Shown: positions 1-14,324 of the stretch, piece after piece
How positions within the stretch are numbered: position 1 is the first letter of the stretch
Layout: each line of letters begins with the position of its first letter
Assembly: GCA_951406725.2 (NCBI GenBank)
Contig: OX597818.1
Coordinates: 4,960,001 to 5,024,000 of the forward strand
DNA from: Octopus vulgaris
Taxonomy: Eukaryota
Direction: 5' to 3'
Length of the DNA: 64,000 nucleotides
Made by a program: the position numbers and the translations under genes
Notes under the pieces: model-generated
What the model saw: only the letters and a program-made list of their open reading frames with translations
Database searches by the model: none
What the model was told of the DNA's origin: nothing

Positions 1-39
1 ATACACATATATGGATGCCTATATACATATGTAATTGAA

Positions 40-1378
40 ATTTACAGAAAAAGAAATGACGAAGTCAGATGTATGAACAAAAAGCAGATGTATTTATTTG
101 ACGCTCGGGAAAGTGAGGGTCTTTTACGTTACGATCCTCCACTCTGTAGCCGAAAGGAATAAGAGAAAATAAACATGAAGAATAAAAGCTTATGGATTTA
201 CGGTCTAGCACGGCGACTGGTTGGAAAAAATGGTTTGACAAGAGAGGAAGAAAGAACGGGAGATAATAAAGTGTTGGGGCTTCGAAAACGAAGGTGCGCC
301 TGCGTGTGTGTGTATGTGAGAACGTGTAAGTGTGTGTATGTGGATAGGAGCTAGTGACTTTCACGAGTGTGGATGTTTGCGTGTGTAAGTGTTTCCGTCT
401 ATAATGTTTTGGGTTTGTGGATGATGGGCTCGTGGAAGATGGTGTGTGGGTGTGCAGGTGATGGTGTGTGGTGTGGGTACTGGAAAGTGGTCAGTGCTTG
501 TGAATGTGGAGTGGGGTGGTGTGATGTGGTGTGGTTCTGTGGTAGGGTGGGATGTCGTGTGGGGTGTGTGAGGGATGTAGATGTGGGGGTAGGGTTGGGT
601 GTGTGGGAGTGGGCGTCTGATGTCTCGGAGTTTTTCCACAAACCGGTCAGCCAAGCCATCCTGTTTGACCGATGTACAAAGAAGGGCAGAAAGAGTGGGA
701 GATGCAGTAAAGACGTTGCTAGAAGTGCAGGGAAAGGAGTCGGTGATATGACAGGGACGATGATGTGTGCCTATGAGGATGGTGGTGTTGGAGAGATAAA
801 GGCATGAGCGTCAGTGTGGGCGGAGGCAGGGGAACGAACCAGGTTGGGAGGTGGGGATAGGGAAGAAACTGAGGTCCAGGAGGTCACTCAGATTGTAGGA
901 TCATTTGAAGGAGGGAAGGGGTAGGTTGGGGAGGATGTGATAGGTGGAGGGATCGGACTGCAGTCAACGGAAAACTCGGAGAATGGTGCGTTGGAGGGCA
1001 GGGTGGACGGGTGGTAGCTGAGGGGAAACGGGAAACGGGGTGTCGAGTAAGGGGAGAGCGAGCAGAAGCACGGTCCATGGAAGTGCTGTATAGTTCGGGA
1101 GTGGGACCAGTGAATCATGAGAATATTTGTGCCTTAACGTAGCCAGCGAACAAGTTCGCATTGTTGGGGCCCATTCTCGCTCCCATGGCCACTCCTGTGA
1201 ATGTTGTTAAAACTCCCCGAGAACGAGAAGCAGTTGAGGGAGAGAACAAGTTCGGCCAGATGAAGAAGTGTGGACATGTCAGTCTGGGGGTTGGGTCGAA
1301 GGTCTAGGAAGTGTTTGAGGGCAAGAAGTCCTTCGTGGTGTGGGATCACCCTATATAGGATGTTGATATCAATTTCCA
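40..1378 (-). mobile_element. Decayed, 5'-truncated Penelope-like retroelement (RT fragment, GIY-YIG, 3' pLTR-like tail)
   Basis: ORF 1134-1379 reads LYRVIPHHEGLLAL...ELVLSLNCFSF (PLE RT motif). The minus strand at ~620-770 translates with frameshifts to SFPCTSSNV..CISHSFCPSLYIGQTG..LADRF..LRDIR (GIY-YIG). The segment 50-180 resembles the pLTR-like piece at 42710-42900. Confidence 0.8.
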
Positions 1379-2599
1379 TTAAAGATTCTATAGTACATAT
1401 ATTCTCTAAAGAAACGTGTATCTATGTAAGGAGAAAATTGCTATCCGTGGTTAGAGGAACTTGATGGTTGAGTTGTAATTTGTGCCTTCAGTAATTTCAG
1501 TCCTTCAGTATTTTTGCCATTCTTTTATTGAAAGACTACGCATTTTACTCTGTCTGTCACAATTTTGTGCTATGTAAGATAAAAATTATTTATTTTATCT
1601 TCTGACTGGCCAAAGCTGGAAGTTGTGCAAGTTGATTCTGTGGGTGGGTTTTGTGTACTTGGTGATGTCATTCAAGTTGTTGTTGGGTTTGTGTGTTTGT
1701 TGTTTTATGTGCTTTCTTTTTGCTGCTGTTAGTGGATGTGGTGGTAGGGATGATGCATTTCCGATGCTGTGGTTTAAGCGTTGTTTGGTGTTCCATTTCT
1801 CAGACCTTTCTTTTTCTCGGTCCTTTTTTTCACAAGAAGTACAGTTAAAAGAATAATCGTTAGAGGGCAGAGTTATATTTTCTTGTGTATATGCCTCTGT
1901 TACTGCATGCAAGGAGGGATTATTTAAAGAACAGTGTGAGTTACTAGGTTAATATATCCCTTCTGTGACAAATATATGCTTGAAATTGTTCATCTCCATG
2001 GTTGCAACTGCTAGTATTCTTGTTTCCACAGTTTATGCTGCACGTTTTCCTTGAGTTTTCTTAAATCGAGCAGTGTCCGCGCCAACTTAGCGGCCTTGTA
2101 TTCTTGGAAGAGGCTCTGTAGCTCCCTTGGGCAGGTTCACCTAGCTGCTGTTGTTGTCATTGTTACTTTGGCTACTTTTATGTCTGCTGCTGATACTGCT
2201 ATTGCCATCACTCTTGCTGCTGCTGTCGTTGTTGCTGTTGTTCTTACTTTTGCTAACAGTATTGATACTTTTGGTATTCGAGTTGTTGTTACTGCTGCAG
2301 TTGTAATTGTTATTGTTGCTGATATTGTTGTTGTTATTGTTGGTTTCCTGTTGTACCTCACGCTTTCGACTGTCAAGTTACTGTTTGTTATGTTACTGCC
2401 GCTGCTAGAATAGCCAGAAGAATTGGTTACGTTTTTGTTGAGGTGAGTTGGCTACTACATAGAATCATAGTTATTGGAACCATTTCTCCTCATGCCACTT
2501 CATTCTATCAACTGGGCATATGTATTGCTGACACCATGTTTTTAAACATGAAGACATTTACGAGACTGAATTTTTCTTATCTTACGAATTAAAGGCAGC

Positions 2600-3500
2600 T
2601 CTAATATTGTAAACATCGATCGTGCGGCATTGTGTATGTGTTTTGTTTACACGCCCCTTTGCTGCGGTATAGTGTCCTGTGAGAGATCCCTACATGATAC
2701 CTAGTGTTAAAGAACACTGAATGTCCCAAAGCAGGCGGAACAACTCACCAGGAAATAATCGAGAATGATAGATATCGATATTTCGCAATTATTGTGGCTC
2801 ATCAGTATCATGTACGCGAAACACCTCGAAACGAAATATGCTACGCCCCAGCACATTAGACAATAAACTTCGCACTATTTGCATATATGTCCCAGACCGG
2901 TGATTCATATAACAAAATGGGAAGTTAGAAAATAGTCTGGTATTATTTATTCCCCATTACTCATGTTTCATTAGCTAATAAGAATCTAAAGTTGTACATA
3001 TTGGATAAACATGTAAGAAATTCTTCAGACAGAGAATCAAATTGTACGATAGTGTATATCTATTGAAACCCATTCTGAATCATATACCTAGTTTTATAAG
3101 GGATGACTTGGGCCTATATAATAAGTGTTACAGCCATTTCACTTAATAGCACAAATAAAATTTATTTATGAACAGGTGAAGTAATTTCGTACAGTGAATA
3201 TATGTCCTGATTTGAATTTATAGGATGTCTTGTATAAGGTAGGTGCAGTCTCCGCATTGGGATGACTACATCTTTTGACTATTGGAGTTCAGTTTTTGGA
3301 AGGCAATTTAGCACTGATCCGAATTACTTATAAATTTCGCCATGACTAAATTCGTGTACGCATGATCAACCATCATTCCCATCGCAGTCTCGGATATTTC
3401 TAGATAAATGGTGCCGCTAAATTCGTAAGGAATTTTCTGTGGGGTGAAATTTATTCTTTCAGTCATGTTTCCTTTCTCCATCCTGTCTGAAATTTCATCG

Positions 3501-3503
<3 letters not shown>
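2600..3503 (-). mobile_element. Highly decayed Penelope-like element (RT remnant plus 3' region with hammerhead)
   Basis: ORF 3308-3658 ends ..IYLEISETAMGMMVDHAYTNLVM, a degenerate form of GTAMGT..AP.YANLVMG. A hammerhead motif lies downstream on the same strand. Confidence 0.6.
2765..2811 (-). ncRNA. Type I hammerhead ribozyme motif with canonical core
   Basis: Minus strand reads ATGATA-CTGATGA-GC cacaataatt GC-GAAA-TATCGATA-TC-TATCAT: 6-bp stem I, full CUGAUGA/GAAA core, palindromic stem III, AUC cleavage triplet. Confidence 0.8.
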
Positions 3504-3573
<70 letters not shown>

Positions 3574-3640
3574 ACACACGCACAAACACACACACACATG
3601 CACACATACATACGCATATATACATACATACATTATATAA
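3504..3640. repeat. (CA)n microsatellite
   Basis: Directly visible. Confidence 0.95.
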
Positions 3641-3761
3641 ACTGCAATGGCAATACAATCAGCTTTGTACAACAGCAATGATTGATAATATATGTTTTAA
3701 TTTCACTTTAGTTATAGCTGAACATAACTATAAGATCGCTTCATACATATTTTATAATTTA

Positions 3762-5442
3762 CTAGCATAATGACCCGTCGTTGCCGGGTCATAGTGCTAG
3801 TGCATGTATATATGTGTACATATTACATGTACATCTATATATATACATCTACACATAAAATACAAAATACAAAGTTATATCTTGATATCGCTAGTGATAA
3901 CAATACTCAAAATATATAACAGACTGGAATTGTAGGCCCGTCTCTTGCAATTTCGATCATTGTATCTTGTCCTCCCTCTTGTATAGAAGTGTGGCTACAA
4001 TCCAGCCTACCTCTACTTCTTGGGGGACATTTAAAATTTTTATTTGGGACGTCCTACGTCCAGATATAAAGGTAAAAATAAAATATTTCCACTTTGCAAG
4101 GTTCAAGTCGAGTACTTGCACGCTCCGTTGACTCGAACCTTGCTTCTATTGTGGCGAATTTACCGCCTCTAGTTAGATATCTTTCATAGTCGCACCAAGA
4201 CACTTTTCGATGGTGCTTTCCTCCTGGTGTTCAAATCTCTTTTTTTTCTCTACATTGTATATTTTATAGACAATAGTCTTTTCTTTAATTTAATTTTTTA
4301 TTTCGTTTGTTGGTGTTATCCTAGATCCACCGTCTTTGTCGGTGATCAATCCGTATTTCTTCCATTTTAATTTCAATGAGTTCGCGCCCACCGACGGCTG
4401 CAGCGAAATTCATTTTGGACTTTCTTCTATCGAAGGCATTCTAACAAAAATGCTTCCGTGTAAACGGTGAAAATATTGCCAATTTCCCCAAACAGGGACA
4501 CAATTCAATTTTTAAACAAAAACCAAAGCTCCTTCTCCCAAAGGGGGAGGGTTACAGTTTACAATTATTTAACAAATGTAACACAACACTGTTTCCTTTA
4601 CGAGGAACCAACAAACGTGATAACAATAGTTAAACAGTAATAATAATAACAACTAACCTTACGATGAGCCAGAAAGCAGTAAGCAGTTGAAGCTTTAGTC
4701 CTTTATGTATAAGAAATAAACCAACAGGAGCGGCTGTTCGAGAAAACAGATATTAAACACAGCCAAACTTCATATAGATACTTAATGCTTGCTAATTAGC
4801 AGATAATCTAATGTAAAAGCACAGCTCCATCTGGACTATTCCATTTCTGCACGCTAATTTTATTTTTAATTTATTCCCATTCATGTGAAACTACTTATTC
4901 AAGTTCAAATCATTGATGCAATTTTATACCAATTGCTATTTTTACTTTTGTTATGTTATGATTATATTGTATTTTAGTTTGATTTTAATTATTACTTACT
5001 ACATATAATTCAATTGTTATTATTATTTTTATTGTTAAAGTGAAAGTATCTGACATAAAATAGAGAAATGTTTTTGTTTCACTTTTATCACGTAATACTG
5101 AAATAGTGGAGAAGATATGATATTGCTATGGGCTCACTCTAGGCAAGAAGTTGAACATTTTTTTTGCCCATGAAACTACATGGACCCTAAGTAAGGCATG
5201 TGTAAACTTTTAATGAAATTGGTTGTGTGGTTCTCAAGTTTTAGGGAATCGTAGTAGAGAAGATATGATATTGCTGTGGGCTCGCCCTAGGCAAAAAGTT
5301 GAGCATTTTCTTGCCAATGACACTCCCCGGACCCTAAGTAAGGCATGTGTAAAATTTGAATGAAATTGGTTGTGTAGTTCTCAAGTTTTATGGAAACAGA
5401 CAGACAGACAGACACACATTCTCAGTTTTATATATATAGAGA
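3762..5442 (-). mobile_element. Non-autonomous Helitron-like element
   Basis: The minus-strand 5' end is TCTCTATATATATAAAA followed by (CTGT)n. The 3' end has the hairpin gacccg..cgggtc shortly before CTAG-T. There is an internal ~150-bp tandem duplication at ~5103-5395. Confidence 0.7.
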
Positions 5443-7290
5443 TAACTAACTTAACGCTACTTGGCGGTGACGTTCTACATAGACTAGATAAAACAAGCTA
5501 TAAAATGTTTAACTATATCTGAAGACGACCAGTATTCGAAACGATCATAGCAGGAAGTTTTAATTGACAAACTAGGAAGTTGTAGATTCCTATTTTGTAT
5601 TGAACATTACACATGAAAGTAGTCAACTTTGACTGACTCAATTTCAGCGAAATAAAAATATAAAATATTAGTCTCTGAAATTTGGCACGTCCTGATAAAT
5701 GTTTAGGATTACAAACAACTATTAAACAGTTTTACTAAGAACATAATCATACTTCCTAATATGACATAACTGAGACTAATAATACAAAAAACAAAAAAAA
5801 ACAAAAACAAAAAACAGGTGAATTCTTCAAGCGCATAAGATAAGCTTTCTACTTTGACCAACCCTTGAACTAGAAGTGCAACAAGAATATGGATTTTGGA
5901 TATTTGATATATCATCACTCATACCATTATTATCGATGTTTGAAGAAACGTTATAAGCACGTATGAGCAATAAAAGTAATATTAATTAGCAAGAAAGTTC
6001 TAACAAAATTCTCCAATAAAGGGTAATACCACCCATGTATAACCAAGAAACTCTGTATATACTGCGTCACTATAACCTTCAAGGGTACGAGTTGGAGGCG
6101 CTCCTCTACCATACATTTTCTCCATCCTGCAAGTGCTAGCCTTGAGAAGGCCCGCTTACTCGGGTCGTTCTCGCCATGTTCACCCACCTTTAAACAAATT
6201 TACAGGGCCACAGCTCTACCCGATCAACCCTCACTTTCATTTTCAAATGGAACTTGAAAAGTTGATGAGGGCTCAGTGACATCGTTTCGTTATGTATGTG
6301 ACACATTTTCCCACCAATGTTGTTGACGCGGGATGCCCCCTGAAGCCTCGAGATTCCTGCAGTAGTGGTTAGAGAACCAGCACGTAAATCGAGAGAAGAG
6401 ATGGCAGATTTGAAGAACTGAGCGCATGACTCTGAATGGTTCCGATAGATTCTAATTACTCTAATCACCATGCTGCTTTTCCTGTACATTGCAGCGATTC
6501 AACCTCTGAAGACAAAACCGAAAGGAACCACCATGAAAACAGCCCCAAGTTTAGATGATCAAATATGTTGAAAGATTTCGTCCTATCACAACCCATGCTA
6601 GATTTTTTGAGAACCGAACTCACTATTCATACGCAACAAATATGAGATGCTAATAATAGGCATATTCTCTTGAGATAACACTTAGATATATGGGCAAGGA
6701 ACAACAGCCCGTAATTCCTAGACTTCTCACTCTTTGATCTGATAAAACTAGGATTCAATAAAGAAAATATGTCAATTCAAATCATATAAACCGCAACTTA
6801 AGCTAAAGAAACATATCTTACAGCTATGTGACATGAATCTAACCAAAATTTGAAACTGTAACGTGTTGTTGTTTGGAAATCTTCAATATAATCTTTGACA
6901 AAAAGAATGAAATAAATAAATGCGTAAACAGATTTCTAAATTAAGTACTGACTTTATCAACGGGTTTGCAAACAGCTTGTTTTGGACAGCTAAACAGAGC
7001 AGCTAAACAGAGTATAAAAATGCTTAAAATTTTAAAAAACACTACGTTGTTAATAAATCTTCAGGAGGAGAACTGCTACACAAAACATCTGTGATAAATC
7101 TTCCCATATTTCATTAATTTCGAAAATACAAAAAATAAACAACAAAAAACAAAAACAAAACAAAAAGCAAAAATACAGTTGTGAAACCGGTTAAGTAATT
7201 GTATATAAATTTCCAGGAAGTAAATTTTCTTAAATTGCATTTTTTCTTTTCTTTTGTTCTTACTCGAGTGGAAAAACTTATTTCTTTTCT

Positions 7291-7291
<1 letters not shown>

Positions 7292-7369
<78 letters not shown>

Positions 7370-7372
7370 ATG

Positions 7373-7426
<54 letters not shown>
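7292..7426. repeat. (TA)n microsatellite
   Basis: Directly visible. Confidence 0.95.
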
Positions 7427-7429
<3 letters not shown>

Positions 7430-8449
7430 CTTCGTATTCAATAAAATATTGCTGCAAATGGATGTAAACGAAATATCTATTTGATATCTATGACCACGTA
7501 TAAATGACTAAGAAATAAGACAGCTATACAAGTTTTCTTGAAAAAAACTTTATTGTCGGAAACGTTGGAAATAAATCTCTTCTGATGATTTCTCTATTTT
7601 AATTACACTTGCCTCTTCAATCATAAAAATATAAGGATTTTTTAATGGAACTTAAGTGTACAGCTTTATTTATATTAATTTTCTCGTATTTTTAGGATTA
7701 GCATGGATGTAGTCGCTTAAAATACACATTAAACAAATGGAAATGAAAAGAATTAGTAAATATTGTAATAAGAAGATAAATTGACGGGATTGAGGAATTC
7801 GTACTTAACGCAATGTTATCGATTTATCAAACTTGTCACCTACACAGAAGGAGAAAGATTATAATATTCTGAAATTGGTTTTCCTTTCTAAATTGAATGC
7901 AAGCATTGACAAGCTGAAATGAATTAAAGCAAATTTGCATTTCTTAAATTGATGTTTGTTTTTGGCGCATGTTTAGAAGAAAGCATCAAGAGAAAGCGAA
8001 TTTAGAACAGTATATTTTACAATTGCTAAATACAAACTAAAATCTAATTTGTATAGTTTTAAGTGGAATTGTACTGTCCACAATTTATTCATGTTAAACC
8101 TCTTCTCTTGATGGAAACTAAAATGAAAATTATATATATGATGGGATATACACTTTAATACTTACGTAAAAGGCATTAAATTATAGTGAGTTGTTTTCTC
8201 TTTTAGTACACCTTGTTTAAAAATTCATCTATGTTCATAACGCCATTCTATACAGATAGGTTCATTCTATTTTGATTCAAGCAGATTTGGTGCACAATGT
8301 TAATTAATCAAAGTTGCAACGTTAATAAACGAGAATGCAATTGTTTAGTAGACGGAAGCGAAAACATAATCTAATTGGTTTACTATGTAAGCATTACTAT
8401 TGATGACTTAAGAGGTACAACTAACTCATCCTAAAGCTCCGACTACAGT

Positions 8450-9150
8450 TGCGCCAATGAAAACTTGATGGCAATCTCAGATCTTTTGATGGTTGTATTT
8501 TCAATCTTGGAATTTTTCTACTTCCTCACACCAGTGAAGTAACACATTCTCAAGTTCTTTATTTAATACAATATATGGGCTTGAATGATCTCTTTTCAAC
8601 ATTGATTGAATTTTCATTATCCGTACTTTTATGTGGTTGATTTCTACGACGTCTTCTGAATTATAGTCATACTAACTTTTTACACTTTCTTTTTATAGAA
8701 ACACTAATGCATGATTGATATTATTTTGTCATGTCTCCCGTTCTTATAAACCCTCGCAGTAAGCATTTTATATTTTGAAATTACATTTGCAACAGTGTCT
8801 GTCTTTTCATCACAGAATCTACATGTAGAGTTGTTGTCCTCTTTATTAATGTTTTCTAATATGTATTAACCCTGGTTTATTGATGTAGCTATGATCAGGC
8901 TTTCGATCTCTTCGAAATTCTCTTTGACTTTTGAAATGTTTTCTGATCTCCATACCATTTAGTAATTTGAAAATTACTAAATTTAATAAGTAAATTCTTT
9001 GATTGTATCGTTTGTTTTCAGCTCCAAAAATTAATCGTTTTATCTTTCTTTAGTCAACTCTCTACTTCTACTTCTAACCAGTCATCTACGCTTATACATA
9101 CTCTTCTATTCTTTCCGTTGAAATACAATCTGCGAACGGCTAACTCTAGA
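8450..9150 (-). mobile_element. Old R4/Dong-like non-LTR retrotransposon 3' remnant
   Basis: Minus-strand translation near 8730-8920 gives EEIESLIIA...STCRFCDEKTDTV...YKNGRHD. This parallels ETEGFIMAAQ..CRFC..RHD in the copy at 31898-32125. Confidence 0.5.
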
Positions 9151-9861
9151 TTCTCAACGATATCCTTGATGTTTTCTTCTTAATTTTGTTAAGTTCTTCC
9201 TGTGTATTCTTGATTACGCTGATGATCTGTCATATGGTGAACCCGACTTTTATGGCAAAAATGAGATTCTTGTACGTTGTCTCGATAATTCTGTCAACGT
9301 TCTCGGCCCAGTAATTTAAATTGTTACATTTGTCTTCAGAAAGTGACAAGTCATCTGCAGAAATACTCGTCTTTTAGCATAGAATGGGCTATACTACCCC
9401 CTCTAAAATTCTGCGTCGGCAACAAAGCTACAATACTGTCATTGACGGAATAAGAAAGGGTCTTGCTAATCGATTCTAGGCATATGTGTACGGTGTCCCA
9501 GCAACACGATACTCAACTGTTCTGATGAAGAGGTAGGTCAAAGAGAGTTATAGACTTTAATGCCGACAACGGCCGCCTATAGGTTTGAAACTACGCTGGA
9601 ACACATTCTCCAAACATCATCTCGATGAATGCGGTGAAACTATGAGTAAGTGAGGGAGTAGATATTAACTTTCCCAAATTAAAGTCCTCTGTAAGCATGG
9701 GGATGTTTGATGTCTTTTAAATACTGAGATAAAATGATTATATTATTTTTCATTAAGTTTCATATATTATGTGGGAATGACATTCCATATTTCGAAATTG
9801 TTGCTTTCAGATCCAGTCAATTCTTGGATTTGATATAATTGGCAATCTATGGGGAATCTAT

Positions 9862-10354
9862 GGAAATCTATGGTTGTTTTAGTTTGTGGTGTGTGTAAAA
9901 TTTCTGTATGTGATATAGTTTTGTTTCGAATTGCTTGTATGTGGGGTGTTGCTTGACTTAGTGTTTTTTTGCGTTTGTCTTGTGTTCGGTGGGGACCAGT
10001 AATTTTGGTTCATGGGGTAGAAGCGACTTTCGAACCACGCAAGACTTAACAGGGAACAAGCTGATAGACAACGCGTCTATGAAATAGATTACACCAAGAA
10101 CAGAACACACCAACAACATCCTAATACCAGACCCAACCACCACATAGCAGCACAAAATAACACTAGAATAAGAAATACACCACACACAAGTCGCTACTAC
10201 CCCATGAACCAAAATTACTGGTCCCCACCGAACACAAGACAAACGCAAAAAAACACTAAGTCAAGCAACATCCCACATACAAGCAATTCGAAACAAAACT
10301 ATATCACATACAGAAATTTTACACACACCACAAACGAAAACAACCATAGATTCC
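9862..10354. repeat. ~158-bp near-perfect inverted repeat (9862-10020 vs ~10197-10354) at the 5' end of the PLE
   Basis: ggggaccagtaattttggttcatggggtag is the reverse complement of ctaccccatgaaccaaaattactggtcccc; the match extends ~158 bp. Confidence 0.9.
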
Positions 10355-13061
10355 CACACACACACAACAATCGGGGGCAACAATACCACCTTTCCCCCGA
10401 ACCAATATCGCACAACCTCACAGACAACTCATACAAACAAAATTACACCCAACATTTTTTAGCCCGGGACCAGAGACACCAGGACACAGGCTGGAACCTA
10501 GTAATAAGGAAAAACCAAAGATAATCAACCTTTCAAACAAACCTCTCTCTAACATAAAAATTGACATCATCTCAAAAGGGCTCAAATTTACGCCAACTCC
10601 ACGCAGAGCCAACCTAAATGAAATCAAGGATAATATAACAGAATTCTGCAGAAAATTAAGACTAGCAGAAGCATCAACCAGTTTCAATACTGAAGATGAA
10701 TCACTAGTCAAGAACAAAAGTGAACACATCCCCCACAGAGGAAGAAATAAAGATCTTGACGAGTTCTGCAGCCACATTGAGAACTTTCCCTACCATACTA
10801 TACATAAACAGACAGTTAACTCAAATTTTAACACTGCACAATGGAAGGAACTGATAGAACTTCAAAATGATGAAGATATAACCATTAAGGAAGCAGACAA
10901 AGGAAGTGCAGTTGTAATAATGGATACATCATACTATAGAAATCTTGTAATTTCCTTGCTTGATGACAATCAACATTATGAAAAAATCACCAACTACACT
11001 CCCGCAAAAAATAATGAAAACTATCTTCACTAATTAAAACCCATGAAAAGGAACTAACAACCAAAGAGATTGACTTTCTAACAAACTTTAAATGCAAGCC
11101 TATGGTCTGCCAAAAATACATAAAAGCCAAATTATAAATGAAACCATTAAAAAATCACCAAAGACATACATACACACACCTAACCCGGGGGACCTAAAAC
11201 TACGACCCATTGTAGCTGGCCCAACCTGTGAAACACACAGATTAAGTCTATTTATGGACATCCTCTTGAAACCCTTCCTTAAACATATCGATAGTCATAT
11301 CAGAGATGACTTGGATATGTTAAACCACCTTCCCAAAAAAGTCAAGGAAGAAACAATCATGGTTTCATTTGATGTAGTTAATTTATATACCAGTATACCT
11401 CATAATTATGGACTAGAGGCAATACAGTTCTGGCTGGACCAATTTCCGGAAGAAATACCAAAAAGGATCAGTAAAGAATTCATTACTAAATCGGTTGAAT
11501 TCATCCTACATAATAACCACTTCATGTTTGACAATACATTTTACCGTCAAAAATCCGGAATTGCTATGGGTACAAGGGCAGCACCAGTCATTGCGAACCT
11601 AACAATGGGCTACCTGGAAATAATTGTTTACCAGGAATCTTTATCGACCTTTGGAAACCCCCCCTCTCAATACATAAAAGAGAATTGGAAACGATTCCTG
11701 GACGATTGTTTTATACTATGGAATGAAAACACAGATAAACTCCTAAAACTCAAAAACCTATTGAACAGCATCAACCCAAATATACAGTTCACAATGGAAT
11801 ACAACCAAAAGGAGCTTCCATTCTTAGATATACTAAATTAAAAAATTAACCTTAAAATAGAAACAGACATTTTTTACAAAGCCACAGACGCTAAACAATA
11901 CATACTTTTTGATTCATGCTACCGAAGACACACTAAAACAAACATCCCTTTCAACCTTGCAAGAAGGATATGCACAATAGTGTCAGAACAAAATACCAGG
12001 AACTTTAGACTACAAGAACTCAAAAACACCCTAATTGACAGACACTACCCAGCTCAACTCATAGAGGATGGGATCAGACGTGCAACAGAAATCGACATAG
12101 AAACTTTGAGAAAAATTCAACACAACAACACACCTTCCCCGAAAATACTGCCTTACATATCCACATACAACCCCAGAAACAAAGAAGCCTTCACCATCAT
12201 CACCCAGAATTTACCAATACTTCATAAGGACCCCAAATTAAAGAAAATACTAAACATACATAAAATCATTAAAAGCTACAAACAACCTAAATCAATTAAA
12301 AAGATTCTCACAAAGGCAAAATTGTTTTCTGAAATTACGGATGCAAAAGTAAAAAAATGTGGTAGACCAAACTGCGCAACGTGTCCAAACCTACTAGAAG
12401 GATCAGAATTCCTCTTCAAAGTGGGACAAAAATTCAAGATCAAATCTAATTTTACTTGTGCTTCTGAAAACATAATTTATATCATAAGATGCTCGGACTG
12501 CCACCAAAACTACGTGGGGTCCACGGGTCTATCACTCAGACGTAGATGCATACTGCATCGACAACAGATTGCATTCCTAGAATACAGAATGATACCCTTT
12601 AGTGAGCATATTGAGAAATGCGCAAAGCAACTACTACCACAATTTTTAATCTTTCCATTTTATCAATGTGCTATTGGAATACCAACACAAAATTAGACTA
12701 AACAAGGAAACATTCTTCATTGAAAAATATAAGCCCAAACTTAACCACTCTAACATTCTTATACAGAGAAACTCACCCCATTAAATAAATGGGACAAGAA
12801 ATATAAAGCGATTATCTCACTTACACCGGAAGAAATCACTAATTACCTCCCCTTACCTGGAACTCTTCTTTACACTTCATAACGAAGACATAACACGATG
12901 TTTTGAGAAATTTGAAAAGTTAACGCAAAACCGGTAATTTCTTCAAAAACTATGTCACTGTATGAAAGAATTTTACAACATTCTTCTGACATAATGACTC
13001 AAATATATTTTTTAACTTTTTAAAACAAGCCTTCAGTAGTTTTTCACTTTTTACTATTTTC
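10021..13061 (+). mobile_element. Penelope-like element, near full length, frameshifted (RT + C-terminal GIY-YIG)
   Basis: Successive motifs KIINLS..ISKGLKFTPTP (~10515), IKEADKGSAVVIMD, YGLPKIHK, LRPIV, SFDVVNLYT, GIAMGT, RFLDD, CGRPNCATC, IIYIIRC..YVGSTG. It ends at a (TA)-rich tract. Confidence 0.92.
11092..12750 (+). pseudogene. PLE reverse transcriptase/GIY-YIG endonuclease, disrupted ORFs
   Basis: ORFs 11092-11841 (RT core) and 11980-12696 (thumb + GIY-YIG) are separated by a frameshift. Confidence 0.9.
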
Positions 13062-13237
13062 TATATATATATATATATATCTATATTATATTTATATATC
13101 TATATATCTATATATTTATATTTGTATATCTATATATATCTATTTATATATATATATATCTATATATTTATATCTATATTTATATATGTATATATTTATA
13201 TTTATATGTCTATCTATATATATATATTTATATTTAT

Positions 13238-13307
<70 letters not shown>

Positions 13308-13429
13308 CTATATATATATTTATATTTATATATCTATATATTTATACTTATATTTATATATGTATATATATATATTTATATTTATATGTCTATCTATATA
13401 TATATATATTTATATTTATATATCTATAT

Positions 13430-13505
<76 letters not shown>

Positions 13506-13550
13506 CTATATATATATTATATTTATATATCTATATGTATATATTTATAT

Positions 13551-13603
<53 letters not shown>

Positions 13604-13607
13604 CATC

Positions 13608-13670
<63 letters not shown>

Positions 13671-14270
13671 TCATATATCTATATATATTTATATATCTAT
13701 ATATTTATATTTATATATGTATATATATATATTTATATTTATATGTCTATTTCTATATATATATTTATATTTATATATCTATGTATACATATATATATTT
13801 ATATTTATATCTATCTATCTATATAAATATGTATATTTATGTATCTATATATTTATATCTATATATCTATATATATATATTTATATTTATGTCTATATAT
13901 ATATTTATATATATATGTCTATATATATATATGCATGTCCATTTATATGTCTATATATATAAGTATATATATGTATATATATTTATATGTATATGTATAT
14001 TTGTATGTATATAAATATGTATATATATATTTGTGTGCATATATATAATTTTATGTATATATATATGTATATATATATATATATGTGCATATATGTAATT
14101 GTATGTTTATAAATATGTATATATATATATGTGCATATATGTAATTGTATGTATATAAATATGTATATATATATGTGTATATATATTTGTGTGTATATGT
14201 ATGTATGATTATATATATGTGTTTATATATATATGCTTATATATATGCATATATATGTATATACATATGA

Positions 14271-14324
<54 letters not shown>

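Noticed and set aside
2051-2413. Hydrophobic membrane-protein-like ORF
   Set aside because: Arises from degenerate (GTT/GCT)n low-complexity sequence; no domain or splice support.
5951-6560. Possible L1/Tx1-type 3' remnant or host exon
   Set aside because: Only a vague motif resemblance; not supportable without an alignment.
9522-9600. CTGATGA hammerhead candidate
   Set aside because: No suitably placed GAAA, and no pairing stems I/III.
13122-14048. Long ORFs of YI/IY repeats (also HT, CV, poly-I/N/L ORFs throughout)
   Set aside because: These are translations of (TA)n, (CA)n and (AAT)n microsatellites, not genes.
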